Assembly (NCBI GenBank): GCA_038087875.1
Contig: CM075997.1
Coordinates: 8,372,001 to 8,436,000, forward strand
Source of the DNA: Malacoraja senta
Taxonomy: Eukaryota
Length of the DNA: 64,000 bases
Direction: 5' to 3'
A program made the translations under genes and the position numbers. Under the pieces are notes generated by a model, which saw only the letters and a list, made by a program, of their open reading frames with translations, did not search any database and had not been told where the DNA came from. Of this stretch, positions 37,184 through 48,547 are shown one piece after another; the stretch's first letter is position 1, and each line of letters opens with the position of its first letter.

Positions 37184-37310
37184 CCACACACACACACAAT
37201 TGATACAATAAAGTATAAAATATAAAATATTGTATATTTAGTCTCACAGAAAAAGAAAACCACAAGTTGCACATATCGGCATCAAATTAAACTAAAACTA
37301 GCCCCAATTT
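36012..37310 (-). repeat. ERV 3' LTR (inner boundary approximate)
   Basis: Colinear with 43056-44240 for over 1 kb; ends ...caaCA on the minus strand; AATAAA near the 3' end; (CA)n expansion at ~37046-37198. Confidence 0.75.
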
Positions 37311-37481
37311 CACGGTCCTTAAATTTGTAATGTTCAGCCTTATAGTGTTCTTTCTCTGGAATTCTGGGTGACTGGGCAAAAAACCACTCCCTCTATACTG
37401 CGGTGGGGAAAAAGTCCTAGCTCCCCTCACAGTCTATGGTTCAATATTTCTCTGGTGTGTTTTAAATATCATCGTAGTATT

Positions 37482-37815
37482 CTATCCTCGGGGTCTGCTT
37501 CTTAGGGGGATCAGATTTACCTTTATCCTGGCGCAACGAAGCTGCTTGGCAGTGGTTCTTACTAGAAAAATCTCAATACAGGATAAGACACAACATAGCA
37601 CAGCAATAGCCACCATCAGCCATGCTGCCCAACCGCCTAACATATTTTCTAGCCAACTAAACATGTCATCTCCAAAACCCGCATTCTGCTTGATTTCTTC
37701 TCTCAGATTTCTCAACTTATCCATTACTTTAGTGAAGGAGCCCTCCGTACTGGTATTGTCATATATGATGGTGCAGCATTGTTCCCCAAACAAGACGAAT
37801 ACACCCCCTTATTCT
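37482..37815 (-). pseudogene. env: ERV env transmembrane-subunit remnant
   Basis: GVFVLFGEQCCTII (degenerate CX6CC), heptad SFTKVMDKLRNLREEIK, then WLENMLGGW and a hydrophobic TM stretch. Confidence 0.8.
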
Positions 37816-37949
37816 GACCTCATTTACACCAGTGTCAGAGTCACTAGTGTCCCCAAAAAACTCACTTACTATTTGTCTAAAGCTCTGTTCTTCCCTCACT
37901 TCTTTGTCTTCGTGTTCACTTACCTCAGGGTTACTAACGGGCCGTACCT

Positions 37950-39540
37950 GTGGGACAGCCCTTGTGCAATGCGCCAGCTCATAGTGCCAATGGCAGGGCA
38001 TCGATCCAATTCAACATCGTAGTTACACAAATCTTATTTAGCTTAGCCTTCAACGTCCCATTAATTATCTTCACCACGCCGTGTGACAGTGGATGTACAC
38101 ACTCCCAAACACATACCTCACATTGTGACAAAATGTCGTCCACGGAAGCCTGTAAATAGGTGATCCAAACCCATCCTTTCATATATTTCTTATTAGGTCC
38201 CCCTTTTACAACGGTCTAACCCAAGCAATTCTGAAATAAGAATGTTCAGCAATGGCGTGGGTGCACCAACAATCCTTCAGTAGTCCAATGGCCCTCCAAA
38301 TTCTGCTTAGCATATGTGTATATATTTATATAATGGTATGTGGACACAGTGATCTGTTCTGTATTCATGCCTACTATATTCCGTTGTGCTGAAGCAAATC
38401 AAGACTTTCATTGTCCAATCTGGGGCACATGACAATAAACTATGTTGAATCTTGAATCTCTTGAATCTTGAATTTGTCTCCACATTGTTTGCTCTGCTTA
38501 AATTGCATTACCTTGCATTTGAATTATGTTCTCCTCTTTGGGTCCCAGATCCATGCTTACCTGAGGTGGAATAACAGCAGATCGGCATCCAGATGCTGTT
38601 TTGGCTGCTTCGTCTGCAGCGTGATTTCCCTTCATGGCCATGTCGTTTTCCTTCTTATGTACCTGGCATTTAACGACAGCTAGTGTCCTACGTTTCATTT
38701 TTGCCTTTATCAGGTCTATACTTTACTAATAACGTTGCATGCGGTCTATGTTGCTTTTCTTAAAGCCTCTCTGTTTCCATACTGTCCCAAACAAATGACA
38801 GACCAGACCCGGCGTGCATATGCTGAGTCTGTATCACCATCAACTTTCTCACCTTCCCTCATGTCACATGCTGCTATTAAGGCTTTAATTTCTGCCAACT
38901 GAGCTGAGCAAGGTTGCGAGCAAGATTCCAATTTAATTACCTTAAACTCTGATTGGTCCTGTTGCACGACTACAAACACTACATGATTGCCCTTATGATC
39001 CCAATAACAATAAACATCCACAAACAAGACCTTTTAGTCCTTCATTTTCACCACTCAATGGATCTGACTGTAAAACATTTCTCAGGCTTGTGTGTCCTGC
39101 CTCCTTTATTATTTTCCTTAATGGCATCGCACTTTCAACATGCTTTGCAATCTAGACTGAAATCTATCCTGCCATTCCCAAGAACGTCATTATCTGTCCT
39201 ATTGTCTGAGGTTTGGGTGCTTTAATTATTGCCTCAATTTGATCCGGCGCTCTACCTTTTACTCTTTTGGATATTACTCGTCCTAAATATTCTTCCTGCA
39301 ACTTACAAAACTGCACCTTTTTCATGGATACTTTATGACCTCCTATGTCAGCTTTTTCAAGAGAATTAAAGTGTCTCGCTCACATTGCTGCTCACTTGTG
39401 GAGCAAACCAACAAATCATCCACATTTTGTATTAACGTACTTTCTAAGGGTATGCATTCCAAATCAGCCTCTAATATCTGATTGAAAACATGGGGCAATT
39501 ATTTAAATCCCCGCGACATCCTACGCTAGGTATATTTAGC
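37950..39540 (-). pseudogene. pol: ERV pol remnants (RT, RNase H, integrase)
   Basis: RT: PHVFNQ...IQNVDDLLV and KKVQFC..EYLGR. RNase H: SAQLAEIKALIAAC, TDSAYA and [32 protein letters not shown]...[10 protein letters not shown] Rex1 3' tail is inserted at ~38315-38473. Confidence 0.85.
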
Positions 39541-39749
39541 AACTCTTCTTAATGTCCCTATCATATTCACCACTTTCTTCAAATGATTATTATTCCCTGA
39601 TTTCCATACCTGTTCACAGCCCCAGCACACCTTATCGATTACCTGTCTCTTACTAGCCTTCCTCGACGTACTCCTTGAGATCCCTCTCTCGCTTGGGGAC
39701 CCCAGTCCTATCTGCGCTTATATCCAAATTTATTTCGCTCCTGATAGGG

Positions 39750-41100
39750 CATTTGACGAAGCGCTCCCCCAAACACATTTATTATCGACATGGGATTCTC
39801 CGGCCTCCGTTTGGCTCTGGCACAGAACTAACTGTATGTCGGTGCATCACTTATTTCAGTCTTTTCAACCAGGTCTGTTGTTACTGACAACATTTTATTT
39901 CCTTTTTCACGCTCTTTCTTTTTGAGCTCTTCAAGTTGCATTTGCATCACTTTTTCCTGCACCTCTCCCTGTCGGTCTGCAAGTCTTTCACTATCTTTGG
40001 TATATTTCTCGACCGCGTGGACCAAATGATCCCTGAACTGTGGGTGGGACGTTGATGCCAATCCCACACCTCCTCCTGTCTAGACTTGACTTGAGGAGGC
40101 ATGGCATCCACAACAGCAGTCCGGAACATAGCGTTCATTAACTGGTTGCCTTCTATTTTTGTTCAGTTTCGAGTCTCCACCTTTTCAGTTGGTTCTCCAG
40201 AAAAGCTGCTGGATTATTTGCCTACCCCATTGAATCTCCCCTTAATGCCTTGGAGTCCACCTTAATTAGGTAACAGTGTCTGAGGGTCTGCCATACCCTC
40301 TGTCTGACTGTGTCAAACGGCGTACCTTTGATCATTACGTTATTCACCGCATTTTCATACGAGCCATCTTCAGGAATTCTGTCAGTTTAGTGGTTCCAAT
40401 CACTTTTACCAACAGTGCCTTCAAATTTCCGATAGCCAATAATCGTCCCGCGTTCTCCTCCTCAAAAGCCCTAATTCAGTTTCCGGCCCCATCAGGAATA
40501 TTGGGCAAAGTATGTTTTAGACTTTCCATGTCCTGGGTCCCCCAAGGAATATACTGTGTCTGTCTTGCTCTTTTTAAAAGCCGTGGCATCATTTCATCCC
40601 TCTGTTCCTGTTGCTCATCCTCTACCGCTATGTCTTGCCATTCCAATTCATTTTAACGTGCCTTCCATCCCATTATAAACTCCATTTCTTGCTTCTCAGA
40701 TATCCTAGCCTCCTTTGCGATTCTTTCACCTTCCTTTTAAATTATCTACTGACTCCTCCTGTCTTATTACCCTCACACCTCTCCTGTCGTTTGCTGTTTC
40801 TGTTGCCTCCTCACTGCCGCGCTCCGCTTCCTCTATAAAACGCTTAAGTACATCTATCTCCTTTTCTCTCATCTTTTCCCGCATTTCCAACTTATCTGTG
40901 GGCCTATAATTCTTAATTAACACTTACATCCTGTCACACATATTCATATACAAAATGCCTTCTTGGGCCACTTCATCACTAGGTTTTTCGTTCTTTTCCC
41001 CATTTCTCAGAGTGCTAAATAATATCCTCTTAAGATACAAGGAACTTTTTATTTGTAATTCAACTGCAGATACCTTACTCATTGTATTATCTTGTGTAGT
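39750..41100 (-). pseudogene. gag: ERV gag remnant
   Basis: QYIPWGTQDMESLKHTLPNIPDGAG..IRAFEEENAGRLLAIGNLKALL and MFRTAVVDAMPPQVK resemble fish class I ERV capsid, and the position lies between PBS and pol. Confidence 0.7.
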
Positions 41101-43033
41101 GCACTTTATCAAACAGTCCAGTCGTTGTCCTTACTCTTATTCTGTCCCTTTTCTGTAGTTCATCATACTATCCTATACACTGTCTCTTTGTGAGCATTTC
41201 AGCAAAGAAGAAGATCAACCCACCACGAAGGACCTCAGTGTCACCGTGAAATCTCAACTGGCTTGCCAAATGATATTGTTGCATCTTAAAAATGGCAAAA
41301 TTAAACTAAACCATGCAAGCTTTCACTTTTTCCGTCAACCAGGAGTGGTCAAAGATATTATAATCCAGAAACATCCACTGGTTCCCGAAAATACTACTTT
41401 AAATCATGACTATCCCATTGTCAGCTAGTTCTCTTTTCCGGGCCCCTCTGACTGATTCACCTTTTCCATCCTGAATGCTTGTCTAAACAAACCATACAAG
41501 CTGGTCGCTTTCCAGCAATTACATTATTTCCAATTATTCCAATCCATCCCCCATTATTCACAATTTCAAATTCCTAGTATAAATACATACTAGTAACAAT
41601 TTTCCAAATTAACGCTTTTATTATATATATAAACTTATGCAATCTCGTGCGACATGGCCAGTGAGGATTTCGTCTCCATGATAACTCAATTCAAAAGATA
41701 AGAAATAGAAAGGAAACTAAAAACTTCAGCAAGACAAAGCAACCTTCCTTTTTCATCTTTCCTTTTTAAAGTTGAGAGGAAATAAAGAATTAACCATTCA
41801 CTAACGAACGAATTTACATTTACAACGAACAAAGTAGAGGATGGTTGTGTATAGCTTCACCCCCCTGCATTACAGTTTCTTAAAGGGACATACACACCAC
41901 CCCATAAAACACGTGGCTTTGCAACAAGGAAAGATTTATCACATAAACGAGTTTCAACATTCATCTCAACTGGTTTCCCAAACAAATAACAGTCGTTCCA
42001 TTCTCGCTTCAAAGAAATCATGCAAATTTCTACACATACTGACGAACAGTCACGATCCAAAGCACACATTTATGCATTCTCATTTCTTTTTCAGACTATT
42101 TCAGCTTCCAAGACTTCGAAAGCATTTTTTGTTATAAGAGTTAAAGTGGAATGGTCCGATTCCCTGTCAGCCATGATCCTGGACGCTGTGATTGGATATT
42201 GATCACGATCGTGATTAGTCAGACCCCCCGTCACTCAAAGTCCAGCCAAACTCCCACGGAGATCGTGATTAGTCAAGACGCCTCTTCATTCAAAGCCTAG
42301 CCAAAGCACACACCCATCAATCTCGACAGACCAAGCGCCCATATTTCTGCCTTTTTAACAGTTCTACATTCCATGTTCCTGTACCTTTTCTTTGTGTCCC
42401 TGCTTGCCAAGTTTCATATCCCAAACGTTAGGTTAGTTTATAGTTGAATCTTCTATAGTCTTAACTACCAAGTGCTTGTTTTCTGAGCTCTTCTTTCAGC
42501 GCTTTCTTTGTCTGCCATTGTCCTTAATATTTAGCAATTTTTTCTACCTGATTAGCCCCTATTCCCCCTGACTTTTCATTATTTACATTATTTACATTAT
42601 AACCCTTGCCTAAGCAAATCCCACACTCTTCTCAACGGGTGAAATTCGCGGGATTTTACTTACATCCTTGCCTAAGCAAACCACGCACTCTTTTCAACGA
42701 ATGGTATACGCAAGGTCTTATACTTATCCTGCACAATATATTGCTCAGATTAATTATGTTCTGCATACCCTACTACGCAGTCTTCTCGATCAATGCTCCG
42801 TGTCTCATAGACAAATTAGTGCCAGATTGTTGGATCGGAGATGAATTCTGACCGCCTAGACGCTTCTGTGTCCTCAATGGCTCCCCATATAGAATAAGGT
42901 TATTAGTCCAAATGAAACGGGAAACCGCAAAATTTTGGGGGGTGGCCACCCTTTTCCTGTTGTCCCTGGGAGCCTCTCAGGGGCTGGGAAACGCCCTGCC
43001 CTATTTATCTTTTATTTAACGGGCCTCTTATCG

Positions 43034-43051
43034 ACCATGCTCGCGGCGCCA
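43034..43051 (-). promoter_or_regulatory. ERV primer-binding site, tRNA-Ser-like
   Basis: TGGCGCCGCGAGCATGGT lies 4 nt after the LTR's CA end. It matches 16/18 to the recalled complement of the vertebrate tRNA-Ser(UGA) 3' end, TGGCGCAGCGAGCAGGGT. Confidence 0.7.
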
Positions 43052-43055
43052 ATTA

Positions 43056-44240
43056 TGTTGCGTTACTATTACTCAAATTAACTCAGGCGACGCAGAGAAT
43101 TCTTCAAGAAGTTTAAACCTTTATTTGCAAATAAAACTGGAGCCCTTCACTTCACCAGTCCACATGAATGCTCAAAGTTTCAAACAAAGGATCGCCTCTT
43201 TTATAGTATGTTCAACTCTGCATGCCCCACCCCTGGTGCATTTCTATATCCAATCATTTGCAGATCAATCATCAGCCAGACACTTGCTTCCACCTAAGGT
43301 ACACAAAAAGCTGGAGAAACTCAGCGGGTGCAGCAGCATCTATGGAGCGAAAGAAATAGGCAACGTTTCGGGCCGAAATCCTTCGCTCCATAGATGCTGC
43401 TGCACCCGCTGATTTTCTCCAGCTTTTTTGTGTACCTTCGATTTTCCAGCATCTGCAGTTCCTTCTTTAACACTTGCTTCCACCTATCTCCTCCTTCCCT
43501 ATATTTCTTCACGTTGCACCAGTTATAAGTCACACGAATCCTCTTTGTTAGCCTCGTCTGCCTCGTGGCTTGTTTAAAGTCACAGATGTCATATAACTGT
43601 CACAACAAATTGATGCTAATTGTTCCTTGCTAGGCTTGAAATGTTGACTTAGGCCTCTATATTAATGTTATCTCTAGGGGGAGAACTCTCAGCCACAGAC
43701 AGGGCCCCTCTGATCGTTCAGAACGATCTCATTAATGTTGCAAAAGAGAGAACATATCCCGACAGAAACAGTACACAAAGACCTTCACAGATACAGGGCA
43801 CAGATGGCTTATATCACAAACTACACAGTTTCCAAAGTTTTAAAATACATAGAATAACATTAAATATCTGATGTATATATCTTAAGTATTACAAACACGA
43901 AATATACAACAATGATTTATCTTTGCAGAGTCTAAAAAATTCTGAGTGAAATCCAAGCATACAGGGGTCCTATACCTGTCATTCTGACTAACGATAATTA
44001 CCCATTTTAGGCTCGCATTCAGCTTCATATTGACATTAGGCCTCTCCACTAATATTAGGGCCCCTTTATGGTTCTGTGTTATCTCTCTAATGGTGTTGCA
44101 CAGAGCAAATGGAATGTTATAGTTCCGTTGCTGTAGACCCCAGCTACTGTAATCTCAGAACAATGTTACTTTCTCAAATATATATATATATATATATAAA
44201 AGATTTACAACTGTTGCAAAAAAGTATAAATAAGATATTC
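43056..44240 (-). repeat. ERV 5' LTR (outer end apparently truncated by CR1 sequence)
   Basis: Homologous to 36012 onward; contains an extra insertion at 43297-43469 and a (TA)n run at ~44177-44198. Confidence 0.8.
43297..43469. mobile_element. Short hairpin (Penelope-derived) insertion with 17-bp direct flanking repeat
   Basis: The internal inverted repeat ggtacacaaaaagctggagaaa..atctatggagcga / tcgctccatagat..tttctccagcttttttgtgtacc is flanked by acacttgcttccaccta at 43280-43296 and 43470-43486. It is absent from the other LTR. Confidence 0.8.
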
Positions 44241-44482
44241 ATCCATGCGATATTTAAATCTTCCCCATTGCATCTCCACTATGGACCCTTTAAGTATGAC
44301 TTGCCAGTCTACCCTAGCCAATTCCCGTCTCAAACCACCAGTGTCTCCTTTATTCATGTTCAGGACCCTAGTCTCTGAATTAATCGTGTCACTCTCCATT
44401 CTAATGCAGATTTAAACCATATTAGCCAATAATCCAGAATCCAGAAATTATTCTGGTCGTGTGCGGACGTGGCGCCGACGGA

Positions 44483-45617
44483 CATAGAAACATAGAAACA
44501 TAGAAAATAGGTGCAGGAGTAGGCCATTCGGTCCTTGGAGCCTGCACCGCCGTTCAATATGATCATGGCTGATCATCCAACTCAGTATCCCGTACCTGCC
44601 CTCTCTCCATACCCCCTGACCACTTTAGCCACAAGGGCCACACCTAACTCCCTCTTAAATATAGCCAATGAACTGGCCTCAACTACCTTCTGTGGCACAG
44701 AGTTCCAGAGTTTCACCACTCTCTGTATGAAAAATGTTTTTCTCATCTCGGTCCTAAAGGATTTCCCCTTTATCCTTAAACTGTGACCCGTTGTCCTGGA
44801 CTTCCCCAACATCGGGAACAATGTTCCTGCATCTAGCCTGTTCAACCCCTTAAGAATTGTATAAGTTTCTATAAGTATCCCCCCAATCTTCTAAATTCTA
44901 GCGAGTACAAGCCGAGTCTATACAGTCTTTCTCATATGAAAGTCCTGACATCCCAGGAATCAGTCTGGTGAACCTTATCTGTACTCCATCTATGGCAAGA
45001 ATATTTTCCCTCTGATTTGGAGACCACAACTGTACGCAATACTCCAGGAGTGGTCTCACCAAGACCCTGTACCACTGCAGTAGAACCTCCCTGCTCCTAT
45101 ACTCAAATCCTTTTGCTAATAATGCTAATATACCATTCGCTTTCTTCACTGCCTGCTGCACCTGCATGCCTACTTTCAATGACTGGTGTACCATGACACC
45201 CAGGTCTCGTTGCATCTCCCCTTTTCCTAATCGGCCACCATTTAGATAATAGTCTACTTTCCTGTTTTTGCCCCCAAAGTGGATAACCTCACATTTATCC
45301 ACATTATACTGCATCTGCCATGCATTTGCCCACTCACCCAGCCTATCCAAGTCACCTTGCAGCCTCCTACCATCCTCCTCACAGCTAATACTGCCCCCCA
45401 GCTTCGTGTCATCCGCAAACTTGGAGATGTTGCATTCAATTTCCTCGTCCAAATCATTAATATATATTGTAAATAGCTGGGGTCCCAGCACTGAGCCTTG
45501 CGGCACCCCACTAGTCACTGCCTGACATTCTGAAAAGGAGCCGTTTACTCCTACTCTTTGCTTCCTGTTTGCCAGCCAGTTCTCTATCCACATCAATACT
45601 GAACCCCCAATACCCAA
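44483..45617 (-). mobile_element. CR1 LINE 3' fragment
   Basis: RT C-terminal motifs in ORF 44898..45782 and a (catagaaa)n tail on + at 44483-44508. Confidence 0.92.
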
Positions 45618-45959
45618 TAAATACGAGAGGCCGAAGCAAAGAAGTCGAAGCCAAAGAACCGAATGGAAACGAGGCCGAAACGCCAATAAACCGAAAGAGT
45701 CCGAAGACGAAACGCCTACTAACCGAAAAGATGGGTCGACTAAATGCAAAATAACAGAAAGGGCGGGGCGCCTAATAGCCAACGAACCGAAAAGCTACGT
45801 CGCCTAAAAGCAAACTTACCGAATGGCCGCTCTGTCGAAACGCCACCTACTCGAAAGGCGGCGTCGCCTACAAGCCAAAGGTCGGACTGCCGCTCAACAG
45901 AAAGTCCAATAACGGACATGACGTTGCCGAGGGCGGGACCTGTCAGCGATTGAGAGAAG

Positions 45960-48547
45960 AGAGCAATTTTCCATCTTTGAGCAATAGCATCATATGAGCA
46001 TCAGTTAGTAATTAACTGAAGATTTACTGATGAAAAGTTAGTGGAGCAATGCTGATTACTGTTCGTCCACCATGGTGACTTTGATAGTTTCAGCTGGGAA
46101 CAGCATAGGTCTGGTAACAATGATCTACATGGTACTTGAGAGCTTACTCCTTTGCAAGCTGTATAGTTCTGATAATGCAAAGGCCCAAATAGCACAGCTG
46201 AAAGCCAATATATTGTCAATTACAATTGATGAATAGAAGGCTGCTTGATAACACAAGGTTGTTACAGGCTTCAATTAATTCCAATCTCTTGCCTCAGGGC
46301 GGAGTCCCAGACAAATTAATGGAATTAAAGGTAAATCCCAATAATCAATAATTTCAGTAGGTATCAACTTAAATGTAACTGGATGTATGAGAAACCCAAT
46401 TTCTCAAATATAGTTTGTTGGCTGATACAGCTAATTTAGCAAAATACAACATTTAGAATATCATCCAGTTGGACATAACAATTGTTTTTAAGCTCTGAGC
46501 AACCGAAGAACTGGTATTAGTAATTTGGTAAATAACCTGGGAGCTGAAGTTAGCCCATTTTGCAACGCTTTTAACTGTATTATTGCCCCATCCAGATAAA
46601 TTTCAAATATATCCGGTGCCCCGTGAATGGAAACTGATCCCATGGAAGTTAAACAGTCACGGAGTTTCGTATTCAGAAATGTCTATACTGCACACGTGAG
46701 TTGAACCTGTTGACAATGAACAGGCCACATCTGCCATAATTGCGAGCCTGCCTTGAAAGGCAACTCCAGCCATATTTCCGAGAAATCTGTCCAAATTCTG
46801 CGCCTGTCTCGCTTGTATACTGTGCAGTATAAACTAATCTCATGTTATCATTTTAATTTATCAACAGATCTGAATCTTATGTTATCGTTGTCATCTGTAC
46901 AAAAACAAGTGTAAATATTACCAATTTGCAAATGGTCCACATACCGCATGTTTCGGAAAGAACCAGACCCACCTACCTTCATGGTTATCGGTGGTTTTAT
47001 GGTAAGCCCAAAGGCCCCTGATGCGGGTTCTATTTCCGTCCTTGATTTCGAGAGTAGGACTGCTGGGGTACGTGGATCCCATATTTCCCCTTAGGACCGG
47101 TTTTGGGCATTGGCCTAAAAGACCTGCGCTCAGATTTCAACCTGCCACCAGCTTCAGTGAACCGCTTCCTGCTGATGGAGGCGTGGGTGTGTTGTCGCCG
47201 ACGCAATGAAGCTTTGCCCGTCGTTGGTACTTTAATTAGTCCGACAGCTTTTGTTTCCTCATCCCGGTCTTACCTGTTTGAACAGGTTTTCCGTGAAGAG
47301 ATGATTCGGCGGCTGGACATTACTGGCCTTTCTATGTTCATTTTGAAGTGTGCCTTGCATATCAAGACCAGGCCAGTAATCTTTAAAATTTTGTTTGAGT
47401 ATCATTTCCTGGGTTTTCATGCCGCATCCAATATCACCACAGATAGCGCTGTTCACTGCTGGCACTTTCACGAACCCTTTCATCTGTTCCTATAATGATA
47501 TGACGTGAGGTAGCTGCTGCTCCGCGAGGGGAACTCTGGCCCCTCCGGGTTTTCTGCCAATGGTTGGAATCAAACTTTTCCAGAAGGAGCTCCTTCGTTT
47601 GCGAGGATATCGCAACCCTTCATGCCATGACATCAATTTCTGGAACCTCACGCGTGTTCTCCAGTATGTTCCCACGACATACCTCTGAGTTTGGAGTCAG
47701 TTACCAACTGACCCCTCGCACTCACCTTCACAGATACGGAGATTTCCATGGACCTTATGAGGATGGAACATTACCTTAATGGGATGAAAGCCCTGCGGAC
47801 GCTATCCAAGCTCCATCTGGGTAAAAACGTTCGGGGACGCACCCATGTCGGAGGGGAACCTCCTGGCCTGACTTCAGTCTAGGCCTCTCAGACTCGGTTT
47901 GGCTCTTACCCTCTGTGGGCTGCCGGAGTCTGATGTCGCCGCCGGCTACCTGCACTTCCGCGGTCCATAGCCGTGTCTTCACACGGTCCCCGGAGCCGAG
48001 GTTCCCCCTAGCCGGGTTACCCGCGGTCTTCCCACGGTCCCCGAAGCCGAGTTCCGCGGTCCCCGCAGCCGGGCTTCTCCCGAGCCCGGTATCCCCGCGG
48101 TTGTTGCAGCCGGCATTCCCCCGCGGTCCCTGTAGAAAGAATTCCCCGCTAAGTCGGGTTTCCCCCAAGCCGGTTGTCCCTGCTGTTTCCGCATCCCGGT
48201 GTCCTCCGCGGTCCCAGAAGAAGGGATTCCCCGCGATGTCTATGGACGGGCTACCCCCGAGCCGGTTATCCCCGCAGTTTTCGCAGCCGGGTTTCCCCCG
48301 CGGTCCATGTAGAAGGGAGCCGGGTGGAGCCTGGATTTCGACCCCGGAACGTCTCCAGCAGGAATTCTGTAATGAGCTTCCTGCAAGGAGAAAACAGACC
48401 TGGAAAAAAATAAAAACTTACTTTCAGGTTTGACCGCTGGTGGAGCAGCGCTCCCCCAGCCCGTCGTTGCGCAATGCGTTAGATGATAATACGCGCATGC
48501 GGGCTGGCGGGTTCTTCACGTAGTCACTCACGTGACTCCGAAGTAAA
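45960..48547 (-). mobile_element. DIRS-like element (mirror of 27755-30046, ~300 nt longer)
   Basis: Reverse complement of the left copy; the extra part encodes AVLFGPLHY. Confidence 0.75.

Larger units (their letters stand above)
36012..44240 (-). mobile_element. Decayed endogenous retrovirus (class I, epsilon/gamma-like fish ERV) with internal deletions
   Basis: Direct repeats from 36012 and 43056 act as LTRs, with a PBS at 43034-43051. Gag, RT, RNase H, IN and env TM remnants follow in order on the minus strand. Confidence 0.9.
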
